Shown piece after piece: positions 50,787 to 61,207 of a stretch of DNA of 64,000 nt. Positions within the stretch are counted from its first letter, which is position 1; the number at the start of each line of letters is the position of its first letter. Source of the stretch: an uncultured delta proteobacterium (GTDB lineage Bacteria > Desulfobacterota > Desulfobacteria > Desulfobacterales > Desulfosalsimonadaceae); NCBI GenBank assembly GCA_963826785.1, contig CAWGYD010000002.1, positions 22,102 to 86,101 of the forward strand, read 5' to 3'. A program made the position numbers and the translations under genes. The notes below the pieces were generated by a model, which was not told the DNA's origin, searched no databases, and worked only from the letters and a program-made list of their open reading frames with translations.

Positions 50787-51854
50787 TTATCGTTCGCCCT
50801 GATTTAACATGGCATCACCTGTTTCAATATAGGTGCCGTCAGGCTGCCGGCAGAGGACGGTGTTGAAATCATGCGTTTTGGATTTCCTGAACCAGCTTTT
50901 TTTGATCCAGATTTCAATTCGGATCTCACTGCATTTAAAATCGCTGCCCGCTTTCTTTTCCAGCAGGGTGGTTTCTCCGAAATTATTGGAAGCCGGGTTT
51001 TCCCATGGGATAAATTCGCCCGGTGTCGCATTTTCAATGGCTTGAATGGTCGTTTCCCGGATGTAGGCGATATCAGCATTCGTCAATGCAGGATTTTCCT
51101 TCCCCGGTAGCACCAGGCTCTTTAATCGGGCGCTAAGATTAAACGGGTCTACAACGCCCATGACCAGTCCGGTAACAGCACCCTTGCTCGCCTCTGAACC
51201 AAACTGTTGCCCCTGAGTGACAATCTTTTCCGCCCTGTCCAATATCCCCGGCATGGCTTCCCGTGTTTTCTGCGTCTCTTCCAGAATCGCCGGAATGGAT
51301 TTATTGATTTCGGTGATCTCGGCCGTGAAAGAAAGCATGGCTCCCGATGCAGTATCGACGGTCTGAATCATTTGCGGAATTTGTTCACGGATACCATCAG
51401 CGGTCTTGATCATGTGGGGAATCTGGACGTTGATATCATGTATTTCCTTGACAATCCCGGGAACCGTTTCACGAATTTTCTCTGCTTCTGCAAGTACCTG
51501 CGGCAGGTTCCGGGTCGTAGCATTTGTTTTATCCAAAATCACAGAGATCTGGGTTAGGATATCCGGCAGGCTTTCCCGGGTCGCCTTGACCTCGGCAAGA
51601 ACATCCGGCAGGCTTTTACGCACTTCTTCGATTTCACCGGCAATCGGGGAAATGTTTCTGCTGATTTCGGCGATGCCGTTCACCGTCGGGAAAATGACTT
51701 CCGATGTCTTTTCCATTTTCACAAGTATCTTCGGAAAATCCGTGCGGAATTGATAGAGTTCGAAGGCAAAATATGCGATGGCCAGCGCCAGACAGAAGAT
51801 GCTCAGCGGAAATATGAGATGGGTTCCTTTTTTGCTGTTTTCGGCAGTGTTCAT
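50787..51854 (-). CDS. Membrane-anchored protein with 14-residue amphipathic repeats and 17-kDa surface-antigen-like C-terminus
   Basis: N-terminal TM; LPDVLAEVKATRES-type repeats; WENP.S.N.G...C...CRQPDG. Confidence 0.75.
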   Translation of the reverse strand: MNTAENSKKGTHLIFPLSIFCLALAIAYFAFELYQFRTDFPKILVKMEKTSEVIFPTVNGIAEISRNISPIAGEIEEVRKSLPDVLAEVKATRESLPDILTQISVILDKTNATTRNLPQVLAEAEKIRETVPGIVKEIHDINVQIPHMIKTADGIREQIPQMIQTVDTASGAMLSFTAEITEINKSIPAILEETQKTREAMPGILDRAEKIVTQGQQFGSEASKGAVTGLVMGVVDPFNLSARLKSLVLPGKENPALTNADIAYIRETTIQAIENATPGEFIPWENPASNNFGETTLLEKKAGSDFKCSEIRIEIWIKKSWFRKSKTHDFNTVLCRQPDGTYIETGDAMLNQGER

Positions 51855-51864
51855 AATATTTCGC

Positions 51865-52560
51865 TTATTTTGGTGGGAAACAGAATGCAGGGCCGGATTT
51901 GACGCGAAGCCTGCTAAATGCGATAATGAGAACGTTTGATACCGGCTTTCCGATAAATTCTTCATCAATGTGCTTCTGGGTCAGCCGGGTCCCGGAACTT
52001 GAAGCAGCGACCAAAATTAAAGTAATCGTACCAATCCATTTCAAAATATTCTTCATCATTTAACTTCTCCAATCCGTGAAAGATCATCGTCTAAAAAATT
52101 TGCCTGTTCACCAAGCAAAGGCCAGGTTTCCGTAAGTTCATCCCCTTTTAAAATGAAATACCTGGAAACGCCGATGGAAGGTTGAGCGCTCATCTCTTCA
52201 TCAATTTCCCGGTCAACATAATTTACGATGATGGTTTTATCTTGAATGATCATGTTTTGAGGGCTGATCCGGTCACCGATCAATATCGCATGGGTTCCCT
52301 CAAAGGTTCCGTTGCGGGCAAGGGCGGCGGCCGCATAAAAGAATGTGCCGCTGCCGCCGGTATTTTGGACCAGAAAAAGCGCCGCATCTCGATGAAAGGC
52401 CTCATCACCGTACCATGCGGTGTTGCGATATAGTCCACACCGGTCACGAAAGACGACGTTATCAACGGATTTAAGATCGCTCGCCGTATCGGAGCGTCTC
52501 CATCACCGAAGAAAAGTATTTTTCCACCACTGCGGCGAGCTTCCTGCCGCAGGTACTCCC
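51865..52560 (-). pseudogene. Fragments of two decayed lipoprotein/exported-protein genes
   Basis: Frameshifted DAALFLVQNTGGSGTFFY / IGDRISPQ..IIVNY pieces, then a short signal-peptide ORF with the lipobox Cys lost. Confidence 0.5.
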
Positions 52561-52583
52561 CATCGTGGCCGGCATATCGGCTT

Positions 52584-54545
52584 TTACTTCTGCTCGAAAT
52601 TCATGTCATTTAAATGTTCGATGAGAATCCGCCGGACTTCTTCTATCACCACCGGTTCCATCTGGCAGCTGTGACCGTACGGCACCACCAGCTCGGATTC
52701 CACGCCCGCGATGTGGGCGCTTTTATAAGCGACCACACCGTCGTCCCCTTCGGGGGGTTTCTCATCCCCTTTAATTGCAATGATGGAATTGGCCTTGACA
52801 CCCGGTGGAAACGGGAGATCCGCCACGGCGAGAAGCGCCGGATTATCGGGCGACATGCTGTCGATGCTTGTCCTGGCCATGCTCCACTTCAGCTTGCCCA
52901 TGACCGAAAATCTTTGGGTAATATCTAAAAGGGCGGTACCGGTTTCGATAAATTCCCTCGGCAGCGCAATGAATCGCGTCGCCATCCGCCGGGCGAAGGA
53001 ACCCGCCAGGATGCTTCCCCGGTGGGGCGTGGAAATGAATATGACCCGCCGGACTTCTGGCAAGGGATGAATTACCGCATATTTGTCGACAAGCGCCAAC
53101 TCCTTTGGAGAGAGATTCAATTCACTGAGCGGCTTTCCCATAACCGCCTTGATAATTGCATCGCCCGTCTCGACGACGGTGTATCTGGCCAGCAGGCCAC
53201 CCTGGCTGTGCCCGATCACCACGATGTCTTTTAATGCCGGATCCTTCCCTTCAGGATCACATTGCCTGATTTTATTTTCAATGGATTCCCGCAGATCAAT
53301 TGCGGAGAACACAACCGGTTTGCCGCTGTCATAGAGATAGAGCCATATCTGAAAATGTTTGCGGACCTTCGGGTCGCTTCGCAGGGTGTTGAGCATTTCC
53401 GCCCACCAGACCGGACTGCTCATCGTCCCGTGCACCAGCACAACCGGAATCATGCCCGGCTCATAGGGTTGAATTGGATATATGCCGGGTTCGAACATGG
53501 ATCGCCCCATCCGGAATAAATTGCGTCCCAGGCTCCATAAAACCGGATCATTCAATGAGTATGCGATGGGCGTTGTCAAATCGGCTTCAAGAGGGATTCC
53601 CTTTTCACCGATTTTGATTTCGCTCTCGTGCATGGTCGAGTGGATGCTGAGTTCCGCCCGGCAGTTCCCATTTTCGATGCCGGCAAGGCATCCCTTGATT
53701 TCTGCAAAAACCGTCGCCGGGACAGCTTCGGCAACCGGCATCCCCGGCTTCTTTTTCCGAAGCGCAATGATCGGGGCGCCCATCCCGGGCAGTCGATTGC
53801 GAACGCTTAATCCATGGATTTCAAATTCGTCTGCCGGAAGGACCGTCTGGAGTTCTTCCGGGTTCCATGGTACGCCTATGCTTTTGACGGTCAGATGGAT
53901 ATTTCCCACGGGCAGCGGCAGAATTTTGTCTCCCAGTTCGATCCTGCCGTCGATGAATGTCAGCAGCTTGGCAAGGCCCCGGTTATATAGATCACAGGCA
54001 AGGCGGAACCGGCGATCATACGGCCCGGGAGGCGTGTCGCTGCCCGGCTCCAGCAGGAACAAATAGGCATAAACCATTGCGCCCCGGTAAAATGTCCGGG
54101 GATCGGACGGCTCAGAGGTGAACTTGATCGCTTCCGATTCAGGGGGCAATTGAAGAAACGCTTGTTCATAATTCATTACCTGACGCTTGCCTTGAGCAGA
54201 CTGCGCCCTTTTTCCTGCCAGAAAACATAATTCAGACAGGGACAGCACCAGGTCCCGGCGGGGATCCTTGGCGGCAATTTCATGAAGGTTTTGAATAAAT
54301 TTTAACGGATCATCCGCAAAATCCGATTCATTCAGCCCATGCCGATGAAGGACTGCAGCGGTATAGCTGCTGTATGAATTTCCCGTCAGCGCACTGCTGT
54401 CGATCTGATTATATACGATCTTTTCATTTACCCGTGAGACGCCCACGGGTGTGGCACATCCGGCCATCCACACGAGGGCGGACAGCAGAACCACCGGCCA
54501 GACTAACCCCGGCATCATTTTGATGCCAAAGATCATTGTTTTCAT
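52584..54545 (-). CDS. Lipase/esterase-like alpha/beta hydrolase lipoprotein
   Basis: Lipobox MAGC, VLVHG, GHSQGG, STPHRGS, DGVV, HS. Confidence 0.88.
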   Translation of the reverse strand: MKTMIFGIKMMPGLVWPVVLLSALVWMAGCATPVGVSRVNEKIVYNQIDSSALTGNSYSSYTAAVLHRHGLNESDFADDPLKFIQNLHEIAAKDPRRDLVLSLSELCFLAGKRAQSAQGKRQVMNYEQAFLQLPPESEAIKFTSEPSDPRTFYRGAMVYAYLFLLEPGSDTPPGPYDRRFRLACDLYNRGLAKLLTFIDGRIELGDKILPLPVGNIHLTVKSIGVPWNPEELQTVLPADEFEIHGLSVRNRLPGMGAPIIALRKKKPGMPVAEAVPATVFAEIKGCLAGIENGNCRAELSIHSTMHESEIKIGEKGIPLEADLTTPIAYSLNDPVLWSLGRNLFRMGRSMFEPGIYPIQPYEPGMIPVVLVHGTMSSPVWWAEMLNTLRSDPKVRKHFQIWLYLYDSGKPVVFSAIDLRESIENKIRQCDPEGKDPALKDIVVIGHSQGGLLARYTVVETGDAIIKAVMGKPLSELNLSPKELALVDKYAVIHPLPEVRRVIFISTPHRGSILAGSFARRMATRFIALPREFIETGTALLDITQRFSVMGKLKWSMARTSIDSMSPDNPALLAVADLPFPPGVKANSIIAIKGDEKPPEGDDGVVAYKSAHIAGVESELVVPYGHSCQMEPVVIEEVRRILIEHLNDMNFEQK

Positions 54546-55624
54546 TTTATCCCTCCTCTTTTTCCGGGCATCCTTTCCATTCCCGGAACCCCCATGCGGA
54601 TCATTTTTGAAAAATCAGGCGCATTGTCTGCCGCCACCGCCTGTGGATTGATGCGGCTTTTTTGCTTGAGTTCAGCAAAAGGCAAAGAGGTGTCGATGAC
54701 TTTGTTCTCATACAGATGGCGGTCCGCAAATCCATTGACAATGATGGACCAGTGCCACTTTCCGCGGCCGGGCGCCGCATGCTGCCGGGCGAGACGAAAG
54801 GCGCTGGTCATGCAGTTCTGGGTGAGCGCATTATACCACTCCGGCTTTTCATGAAGCTGATTGATCCGGCTCAGATAGTCCATCAGGAAGCCACGGACAT
54901 TTTCCATGGATGCGGTCCGCAACCGATACAGGTATACGTCCTCCCCTTTCCGGAAATTGGTCCGGAGCCGGACCAGGTCCTTCTCATCACCGGCGATATA
55001 GATCAATTCATACTGCCGGAAAAACCCTTTCAGAGCGGAATACGATTCCCCGGCGTCCTTTCGCGTCTCAATGGAAAAGCAAAGGTAACGGTCATCCGCG
55101 AACCCGAAACTGACCATGGTGTGCGCGATATATTTCAATCCCCAGTCGGTCAGCATCAAATCGACACTCTTCAGCTTGGACAGGTCATATGTCCGCGTCT
55201 CAAAATGGGGGACGAAGTCTGTTTCGGTGACGTAATCGCAATTTCGGACATTGTGAACAACCACCCGGTCGCCTTCTATCTCGGCAAATGGCGTGGCGGC
55301 GACATCCGGCTGCCAGTTCCGGTCATTGGACGGCTGCATCAGAAAAAATGAAGCCAGCGGTATCAGAAATATCAGAAAGCCGAATAAAAGAATCCTTCTC
55401 CGGGGGGCGGCAAGAATGATGGCAAAATGAAGAAACGCATACAGGGCCGCCATGGACAGACAAACCCGGTAAGGCCAGCTGCCCCACCAGAGCGCCAAAA
55501 AGCCCCACAAAAAAAACGGCAGCAGTAGAACCGTATAAAAGATTCGGAACAGCCAATCCCTGCCATTTGAATGGGATGGCGTTTCGATGCGTCTGCCGGT
55601 TGTGGATTTTTTAGCGGTCTTCAT
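54542..55624 (-). CDS. DUF4105 (Lnb N-terminal-like) membrane protein
   Basis: 3 TMs, PSNDRNW, AHTMVSFGF, FFRQYEL, WYNALTQNCMT. Confidence 0.85.
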   Translation of the reverse strand: MKTAKKSTTGRRIETPSHSNGRDWLFRIFYTVLLLPFFLWGFLALWWGSWPYRVCLSMAALYAFLHFAIILAAPRRRILLFGFLIFLIPLASFFLMQPSNDRNWQPDVAATPFAEIEGDRVVVHNVRNCDYVTETDFVPHFETRTYDLSKLKSVDLMLTDWGLKYIAHTMVSFGFADDRYLCFSIETRKDAGESYSALKGFFRQYELIYIAGDEKDLVRLRTNFRKGEDVYLYRLRTASMENVRGFLMDYLSRINQLHEKPEWYNALTQNCMTSAFRLARQHAAPGRGKWHWSIIVNGFADRHLYENKVIDTSLPFAELKQKSRINPQAVAADNAPDFSKMIRMGVPGMERMPGKRGGIK

Positions 55625-55968
55625 AGCTCGTTTCCCTTCATGGAAAATCCGACGCCTTCAGCGCCTGGGTTGCGATTTCTTCCACAGGGATCGATTCTGC
55701 AACCAGGGGCGCCTCCGGCGTGTTTTGCCCCATTGCAAGACCTGCAAAGGCTGTCAGCAACACGAAGATGCCAAAAACGGCGCGTAACAGGGTCCCGGCA
55801 TCGTTCATGTTTAATCGCTGTGCATTTACAGATCTGTTTGAGTGGATAATATTCAATTATTTTTCATTTTAGATTCATATTCAATTATGCGGTCGTCTTT
55901 TCCAGCATGTCATCGATTTGAAAACCGCTCACGCCAGTTGGCATTGGTTCCGCAAATTCTCCCCCGGC

Positions 55969-56003
55969 AAGCCGGATATGACGAAATCATATCCGGCTTT
56001 TTT
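55969..56003. terminator. Strong hairpin / terminator
   Basis: aagccggatatga-cgaaa-tcatatccggctt followed by a T run on the + strand. Confidence 0.65.
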
Positions 56004-56015
56004 CAGTCCCGAGTT

Positions 56016-56366
56016 TCAGGGCTTATCAAATTTGATGACGTCCCCCTGGACTTCGGTTACCGCTCTGCTGAAAAGAATCCAGAATTCGGTATAATATTCG
56101 ACCGTCACATTGATCAGCGCGTCTCCACCCTTTTTACCGATGGCGGTCTCCATGGCATCACGGGTCGAATTTCCAGTGCTGATGGGGAAAATGCCCAGCA
56201 GGCGGATGGCGCTGTCCGTTCCCGCTGAAGGCCCCAGATTCGTGTAGCTGCGCCCCTCGATCGGAACCGTTGAAGGGGCGATGCCGCCGGGTACGGTCGC
56301 GCATCCGGCTATCATTGACACTAAAAACAAGAATAAGACGATACGGCCTGCCGATCTCAAAACCAT
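56016..56366 (-). CDS. Small lipoprotein (TRL-like)
   Basis: Lipobox IAGC, GGDALINVTVE, GAGGA RBS. Confidence 0.75.
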   Translation of the reverse strand: MVLRSAGRIVLFLFLVSMIAGCATVPGGIAPSTVPIEGRSYTNLGPSAGTDSAIRLLGIFPISTGNSTRDAMETAIGKKGGDALINVTVEYYTEFWILFSRAVTEVQGDVIKFDKP

Positions 56367-56403
56367 AATGCTTTTTCCTCCACTTTTAGATTTTTAGTCT
56401 TAA

Positions 56404-57624
56404 CTACCATTGGGTCCCGATGCCGAAAACAATCGCGTAATTTGTGGTATACTCTCCCTGGATTTCGCCCCCAGTCGGGATATCCTGGGTGAATTTGCCG
56501 TCACCGAATTGCAGATAGGTCAGGTCAAAGGAGATGCTTCGTCCTTTTCGAATTTGATATTCCAACCCCAGTCCGGTTCCCCACATGGCATCAAATCTTG
56601 AAAAAGCGGTGCGGTCCTCATCGTCCAGCGCCGAGGAGAGATAGAATACACCGCTCCTGGCGGTCCATACCGGCGTAAACGCGAAGTTGATGCCGAGCGA
56701 CGAACCCCAAATGTCCTGATAGTTGCCGGGGCGGCTGGAAATTTCAGAATCACCGATTTCAACATTTTCAAGACCCCACTCGGAAAAATCCACCCAGAGG
56801 AGATCAACTGAAAAGGACCATCCGCAGCCGATCTCGTGAAAAACTCCCGCGTTAACCATCTGGGGAGTGCTGGTGTCAAAGGAGATCGTCTGGTCGAGCG
56901 CACCGAACTGATTGAGAAGTTGTTTCCGTTCTTCGGTAAGCCCTGAAAAATCGGGATTTCCCTCATCTGTAATCGATATCTTTGACCGGTAGACCAGGCC
57001 GAAACGACTGTGCTCCGTCAATTCATAGAGCACCCCGAATGTAAACCCAGCCCCCCAGCCATCCGCATCCAGCTCCATGGAACCATCATTTGCCGCCGGA
57101 TCGAGATTGTAGACGGCTTTTTCAAATGTGTATTGCGAATAAGTGATCGGCACGGATGCGCCAATCGAGACTTTGTCATTGAACCGATAGGCGACCGATG
57201 GCGCAAGTCCGACAAAATTCAGGGACCATTCCTTTAAGAGATAGCGCCCCGCCCATTCGTCATCATAGGTTGATCCAAGCCCCGTGAATGCGGTCGGACC
57301 GATACCGATCGCCCAGCGTTCGCTCAGTGGACGAACGTAATAAAGCCCGGGCATGGCGACAAACGAATCATTGTCGATTTTCTCCTTCTGATCCGTGCCG
57401 CTGGCGCTAATCTCGGTGCTGCTTTTGGTGTATATGACCATTGGATTTCCATATATCGCCGGCTCATTGAAACGGGTCATGCCGGCGGGATTTCTGACCA
57501 CAGTTTCCGCAGAGTCTGCATTTGCCGCAATGCCCGAAAATGCAGGTCCCAATGCCAAAACAGTTGAAACCGGCGCCAGGAGCATGGAAACCGCACAGGC
57601 AATTACGGTCAGAATCTTCATCAA
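56404..57624 (-). CDS. OmpP1/FadL family outer-membrane hydrophobic-substrate channel
   Basis: Signal peptide, ADSAETVVRNPAGM hatch motif, PSVAYR, GLVYRS, terminal W. Confidence 0.88.
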   Translation of the reverse strand: MMKILTVIACAVSMLLAPVSTVLALGPAFSGIAANADSAETVVRNPAGMTRFNEPAIYGNPMVIYTKSSTEISASGTDQKEKIDNDSFVAMPGLYYVRPLSERWAIGIGPTAFTGLGSTYDDEWAGRYLLKEWSLNFVGLAPSVAYRFNDKVSIGASVPITYSQYTFEKAVYNLDPAANDGSMELDADGWGAGFTFGVLYELTEHSRFGLVYRSKISITDEGNPDFSGLTEERKQLLNQFGALDQTISFDTSTPQMVNAGVFHEIGCGWSFSVDLLWVDFSEWGLENVEIGDSEISSRPGNYQDIWGSSLGINFAFTPVWTARSGVFYLSSALDDEDRTAFSRFDAMWGTGLGLEYQIRKGRSISFDLTYLQFGDGKFTQDIPTGGEIQGEYTTNYAIVFGIGTQW

Positions 57625-57665
57625 TTTTCTCCTTTTCGCATTTATGGAGACCCCTTTCTGCGACT

Positions 57666-58148
57666 CTACATGAGTGGTATATGCGCTGCGGCATCAAATC
57701 GCACCACCGCCTGTATCTTATTTTCAAGCTGATAGTATCGGGCGACTTTCGTGTCCGGCAGGATCTCTCTGAACCTGGGCAGATAGGCCCTTCGAACATC
57801 GAGCATGTCGGCATCGATGGCGAGAAGATCGTTTAACAGGCTTCCGGCCTTTTCATCCGGAACTTCCGGGTAGCTGGCCGCATAATCGTCAATCAATTTG
57901 ACGTACCGGACGGCAACCGCACCCAGCGCTTCCTGGTAATCTTCGTATAACGGCCAGAATTTTTCAGCTTCCGCTTCCGTAAGACCCATGTTCACCGCAA
58001 TCAGCAGCTTCTTGTCCGCATTGATTTTTTCCCGGACGATCTGCATCGTATCGGCGGAGGCTTCATCTGCCGAGAATGCGGGAACGATCGAGAACACACA
58101 AGTTGCGATTAAAGTTGCCATGAGAATACTGATTAACCGGATTTTCAT
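57666..58148 (-). CDS. Exported helical hypothetical protein
   Basis: Signal peptide, LTEAEAEKFWPLYEDY, YYQLENK. Confidence 0.8.
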   Translation of the reverse strand: MKIRLISILMATLIATCVFSIVPAFSADEASADTMQIVREKINADKKLLIAVNMGLTEAEAEKFWPLYEDYQEALGAVAVRYVKLIDDYAASYPEVPDEKAGSLLNDLLAIDADMLDVRRAYLPRFREILPDTKVARYYQLENKIQAVVRFDAAAHIPLM

Positions 58149-58250
58149 CTTCCATCTCCTTTTTCATTTTCATTGGGGGTATTTCCAAATACACCCGCAC
58201 GCCAACCGTTCGGGCATTTTCAGATCGTTGTGATAAAACATCTTTTTTTA

Positions 58251-59528
58251 TCATTTCAGCCTAGCTCCGCCTAACCCCTTATAATCACCGGACAGGGCAA
58301 GTTCCTTTTCATCGGGGTCTGTAAAATTCTGTCCCACAAAACGACCCAGAAGTTTTAGATGTGCATTGATTTCAGGAAGCCGGATTTCCGGAAGCTGCAT
58401 CAACAAATCATCGAGCATGGCCCGGAGACGACGGACCACCTGGATACTTCCGGCGCCATAGTGAAGAATCTCACTCACAGCAAGCTGTACATAATCCTCC
58501 CAGTCCGGTGTCGGAAAGACACATCGAAGTTTGCCGTGCCGGTCCCGGAGCTCGCCATCCCCCAGATCGCGCTGCCCAATTTCGCGGAGCAGACGGTGCA
58601 ACTGATCAATGCAGGAAATCGCCGTGGTCGGATCATTTATCGCAGGCGAAAGGGCTTTAATGGCGATATCAACGATGATCCTTAATACAAAGCCCGGGTC
58701 CTGTTCGATCGTGCGTTCAATACTAAACGCCACACTATGGCGAAGATCGTTAAAACCTAAACATTGACCGCCCTTGTAAATGCTGAAAATCGGGTCACCT
58801 TTGGTGACGAAGTCTCCCATTTGTGGAATCAATCGGACCACGCAATTGTTTCGGGAGGCGATTTTAACCAATCCTTCCGGATCGAAAGCCATGATAATTC
58901 CGGATCCACCCTCATGATTGATCGTGCAGGAAGCCTTTCCCAAAAGGGTTTCAGATGAACGGGATACATCGGATTTTTCAGGTGACAACATCGCCGGATA
59001 AATCGTTTCGATAATTTTTGAGCAGGAATCCGCCAGTTCTTCGCAAATGCTGATGGGGCGAAGCGACTTGCCCATGTAATCCACAAATAAAAGAAAAGCA
59101 GCGATACTGGCCAGAGTAGAGACAATCATCACGAAGATTACCAGCTGCGGGACCGGATCTCCAAGTCGGCTGAGGGCAGCGATGGAGAACATATAGGTGA
59201 ACGTAAAGATGCCAAGTGTTATCTTTATACTCCGCCTGCTGAAGGCAAAGGCCATGATCCGTGGCGTAAGCTGGCCCACCGCAAGCTGGAGGGCGATAAA
59301 AAGCATGGACATTAAAAATACGATAAAGGTCAGCATCGCTACACTGATGGCGCTGGCAAGGGAGCGGGCGCTTTCAAGTGAAAAGTCGAGTAATTGCCAA
59401 TGCGCCCAGATGTCCAGTTCCCGTGCCAGTCTATGGAAGATTAACGCTATCACCACGCAAAGCATCGGCACCATCCAGAGGGAAGACTTTATTGAAGCTC
59501 TTAATTTATGCCGCTGCAGCCACGTCAT
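58251..59528 (-). CDS. DUF2254 family membrane protein
   Basis: QLTPR, ERTIEQDP, DIAIKALSPAINDPTTA. Confidence 0.88.
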   Translation of the reverse strand: MTWLQRHKLRASIKSSLWMVPMLCVVIALIFHRLARELDIWAHWQLLDFSLESARSLASAISVAMLTFIVFLMSMLFIALQLAVGQLTPRIMAFAFSRRSIKITLGIFTFTYMFSIAALSRLGDPVPQLVIFVMIVSTLASIAAFLLFVDYMGKSLRPISICEELADSCSKIIETIYPAMLSPEKSDVSRSSETLLGKASCTINHEGGSGIIMAFDPEGLVKIASRNNCVVRLIPQMGDFVTKGDPIFSIYKGGQCLGFNDLRHSVAFSIERTIEQDPGFVLRIIVDIAIKALSPAINDPTTAISCIDQLHRLLREIGQRDLGDGELRDRHGKLRCVFPTPDWEDYVQLAVSEILHYGAGSIQVVRRLRAMLDDLLMQLPEIRLPEINAHLKLLGRFVGQNFTDPDEKELALSGDYKGLGGARLK

Positions 59529-59553
59529 TGACCGTTCCTTTAAATTTATTTGT

Positions 59554-59892
59554 TTATTCGGCCTTAACCTGCCACGGCCATCGGCCATCGATTTCGACCA
59601 CCAGGGACCAGCTCAAAAAGGTCCGGATGATCACCAGAACCCCCAATACAGCGACACTCTCCAGAGTAGGCACCAATACGACCGTTCGAATGATATCGGC
59701 GGCCACCAGAAACTCCAGCCCGAGCAGAAGAGATTTGCCGATCATATCTTTAAAGCGTTTGTATGCTTCTTCGCCGTGCCGGCGGTATCGAAAAAAGTAG
59801 CGACCGATGCCGTAGATAATACCCCCTACAATAATCAATACTGCCAGGACCTCGATCCCCTGAGACATTCGCTCGACCAGCTCTCGAATCAT
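59554..59892 (-). CDS. DUF1622 family membrane protein
   Basis: LLLGLEFLVAADIIRT, IRTFLSWSL.VEI.GRWPWQ. Confidence 0.9.
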   Translation of the reverse strand: MIRELVERMSQGIEVLAVLIIVGGIIYGIGRYFFRYRRHGEEAYKRFKDMIGKSLLLGLEFLVAADIIRTVVLVPTLESVAVLGVLVIIRTFLSWSLVVEIDGRWPWQVKAE

Positions 59893-59903
59893 TTCAGGTC
59901 CCC

Positions 59904-60269
59904 TTATTTGAACTGGGTATTGAGGGCACGATGGTCAAGGGTCGATGCCACTGGGAAGTGGTTGAACGGCAGGGACGCGCGCATGATCCGCAGAGAATCG
60001 CAGATGGAAAAGGGCTTTGCAAAACGGACCCATGCCTGATCGGCATCCTCGTCATCCAAATCGGTGAGTTCGCCGATGTCGTAGTTGTGAACATTGAAAG
60101 CGGTGAGATTCGCAAGCGGATTGTTTGCCCGGGCTTCAGCGCTCACCGCAGGTCCTTCCTGGGCACTTGCAGCGCCAGTCAGGCATAGAAATACAGCCAA
60201 AACAAGGGCGACGACACGCGCTGTGCTATCCACATGGTTCATCAGCATTTTTTGAATTCCCGTTTTCAC
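59904..60269 (-). pseudogene. Truncated outer-membrane barrel gene (related to 37651-38457)
   Basis: Signal peptide then ANNPLA...RFAKPF...RASLP; ends at 121 aa without a barrel C-terminus. Confidence 0.55.
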
Positions 60270-60426
60270 TCTTTAAAATGTTTGCGCCCTTTTCCCGGAT
60301 AATGATCTTCGCTGCTTCTTCAGTGACCCATCCGGCGCGGTGAACAACCTGGTTGGATTCCGATCTCGCCGAATGACGAAAGCGAAAAAGTCTGCTTTTA
60401 CGGATTCATCATTGATGCCTGTTTTT

Positions 60427-61098
60427 CTATTTTGCGCCATGCGCCTGGTCTAAAAAAACCCTGATCCGCTCCGCCCAGAGCTGAAACGCCGCTTCGGCAG
60501 ACCCATACCTGGAAAATCTATCCGTAAACCCGGCGGTCTGCTCATCACGCGCGACCATGATCACGTCGTTGCTCATGGAGTCGATTGCCATGAGTTCGGC
60601 ACTGGTTGCGCCCGAACCGGTCCAGGCGCCGGTTGCCCCTTTTTTAATGATGCTGATGCCCAGCCCGATGGGCACAATCGAAGTCACCGCACTCAGAACC
60701 GGTCTGCTCTGCTTGATGCCGGTCAAGGCAACTCTCAACCGGACCACATCCGGTCCCGGTTCAGCCACCACCGGATACTTGTCTTTGAGTGCATTGACGA
60801 TGGCCAGGTTGCATGCGTCGGACAACTCTTTCAACTGCACAGGATCAATGCCGTTATATTCCGAATCCTCTGCCAAATAAAAAACTACGCTGTCGAGCAT
60901 CACCTTGTTGTACTTCGAAAAATCGACCCCCTGTTCGATCCATCGCATATCCGCGCCGCCCGAGGGTCCCGGCTGCATGTTTTTGGCATAACCATTCAGA
61001 AATCCGGTGGGCTTTCCAGCCGATGCACAGGAAATCAACGTCAGCGCCAGAACGACACTGATGATGGCTTTTATGTGATGTCTTTGTATTGCTTTCAT
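60427..61098 (-). CDS. DUF3313 family lipoprotein (paralog of 30247-30924)
   Basis: Lipobox LISC; about 40 differences over about 190 aligned residues by hand count. Confidence 0.88.
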   Translation of the reverse strand: MKAIQRHHIKAIISVVLALTLISCASAGKPTGFLNGYAKNMQPGPSGGADMRWIEQGVDFSKYNKVMLDSVVFYLAEDSEYNGIDPVQLKELSDACNLAIVNALKDKYPVVAEPGPDVVRLRVALTGIKQSRPVLSAVTSIVPIGLGISIIKKGATGAWTGSGATSAELMAIDSMSNDVIMVARDEQTAGFTDRFSRYGSAEAAFQLWAERIRVFLDQAHGAK

Positions 61099-61207
61099 GA
61101 CGGCTCTCCTTGATTTCGTTTGTCGATTAATTCATTCCAATGATAAGAGACTCACCATTGGGTTGTATTGCGGGGTGGAGATGTCTGACAGGACGCCGCC
61201 GGGATGT

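Noticed and set aside
55939..55954. Third sigma-54-like element TGGCATTGGTTCCGCA on +
   Set aside because: Points against the local genes and straight into a hairpin; no UAS pair seen nearby
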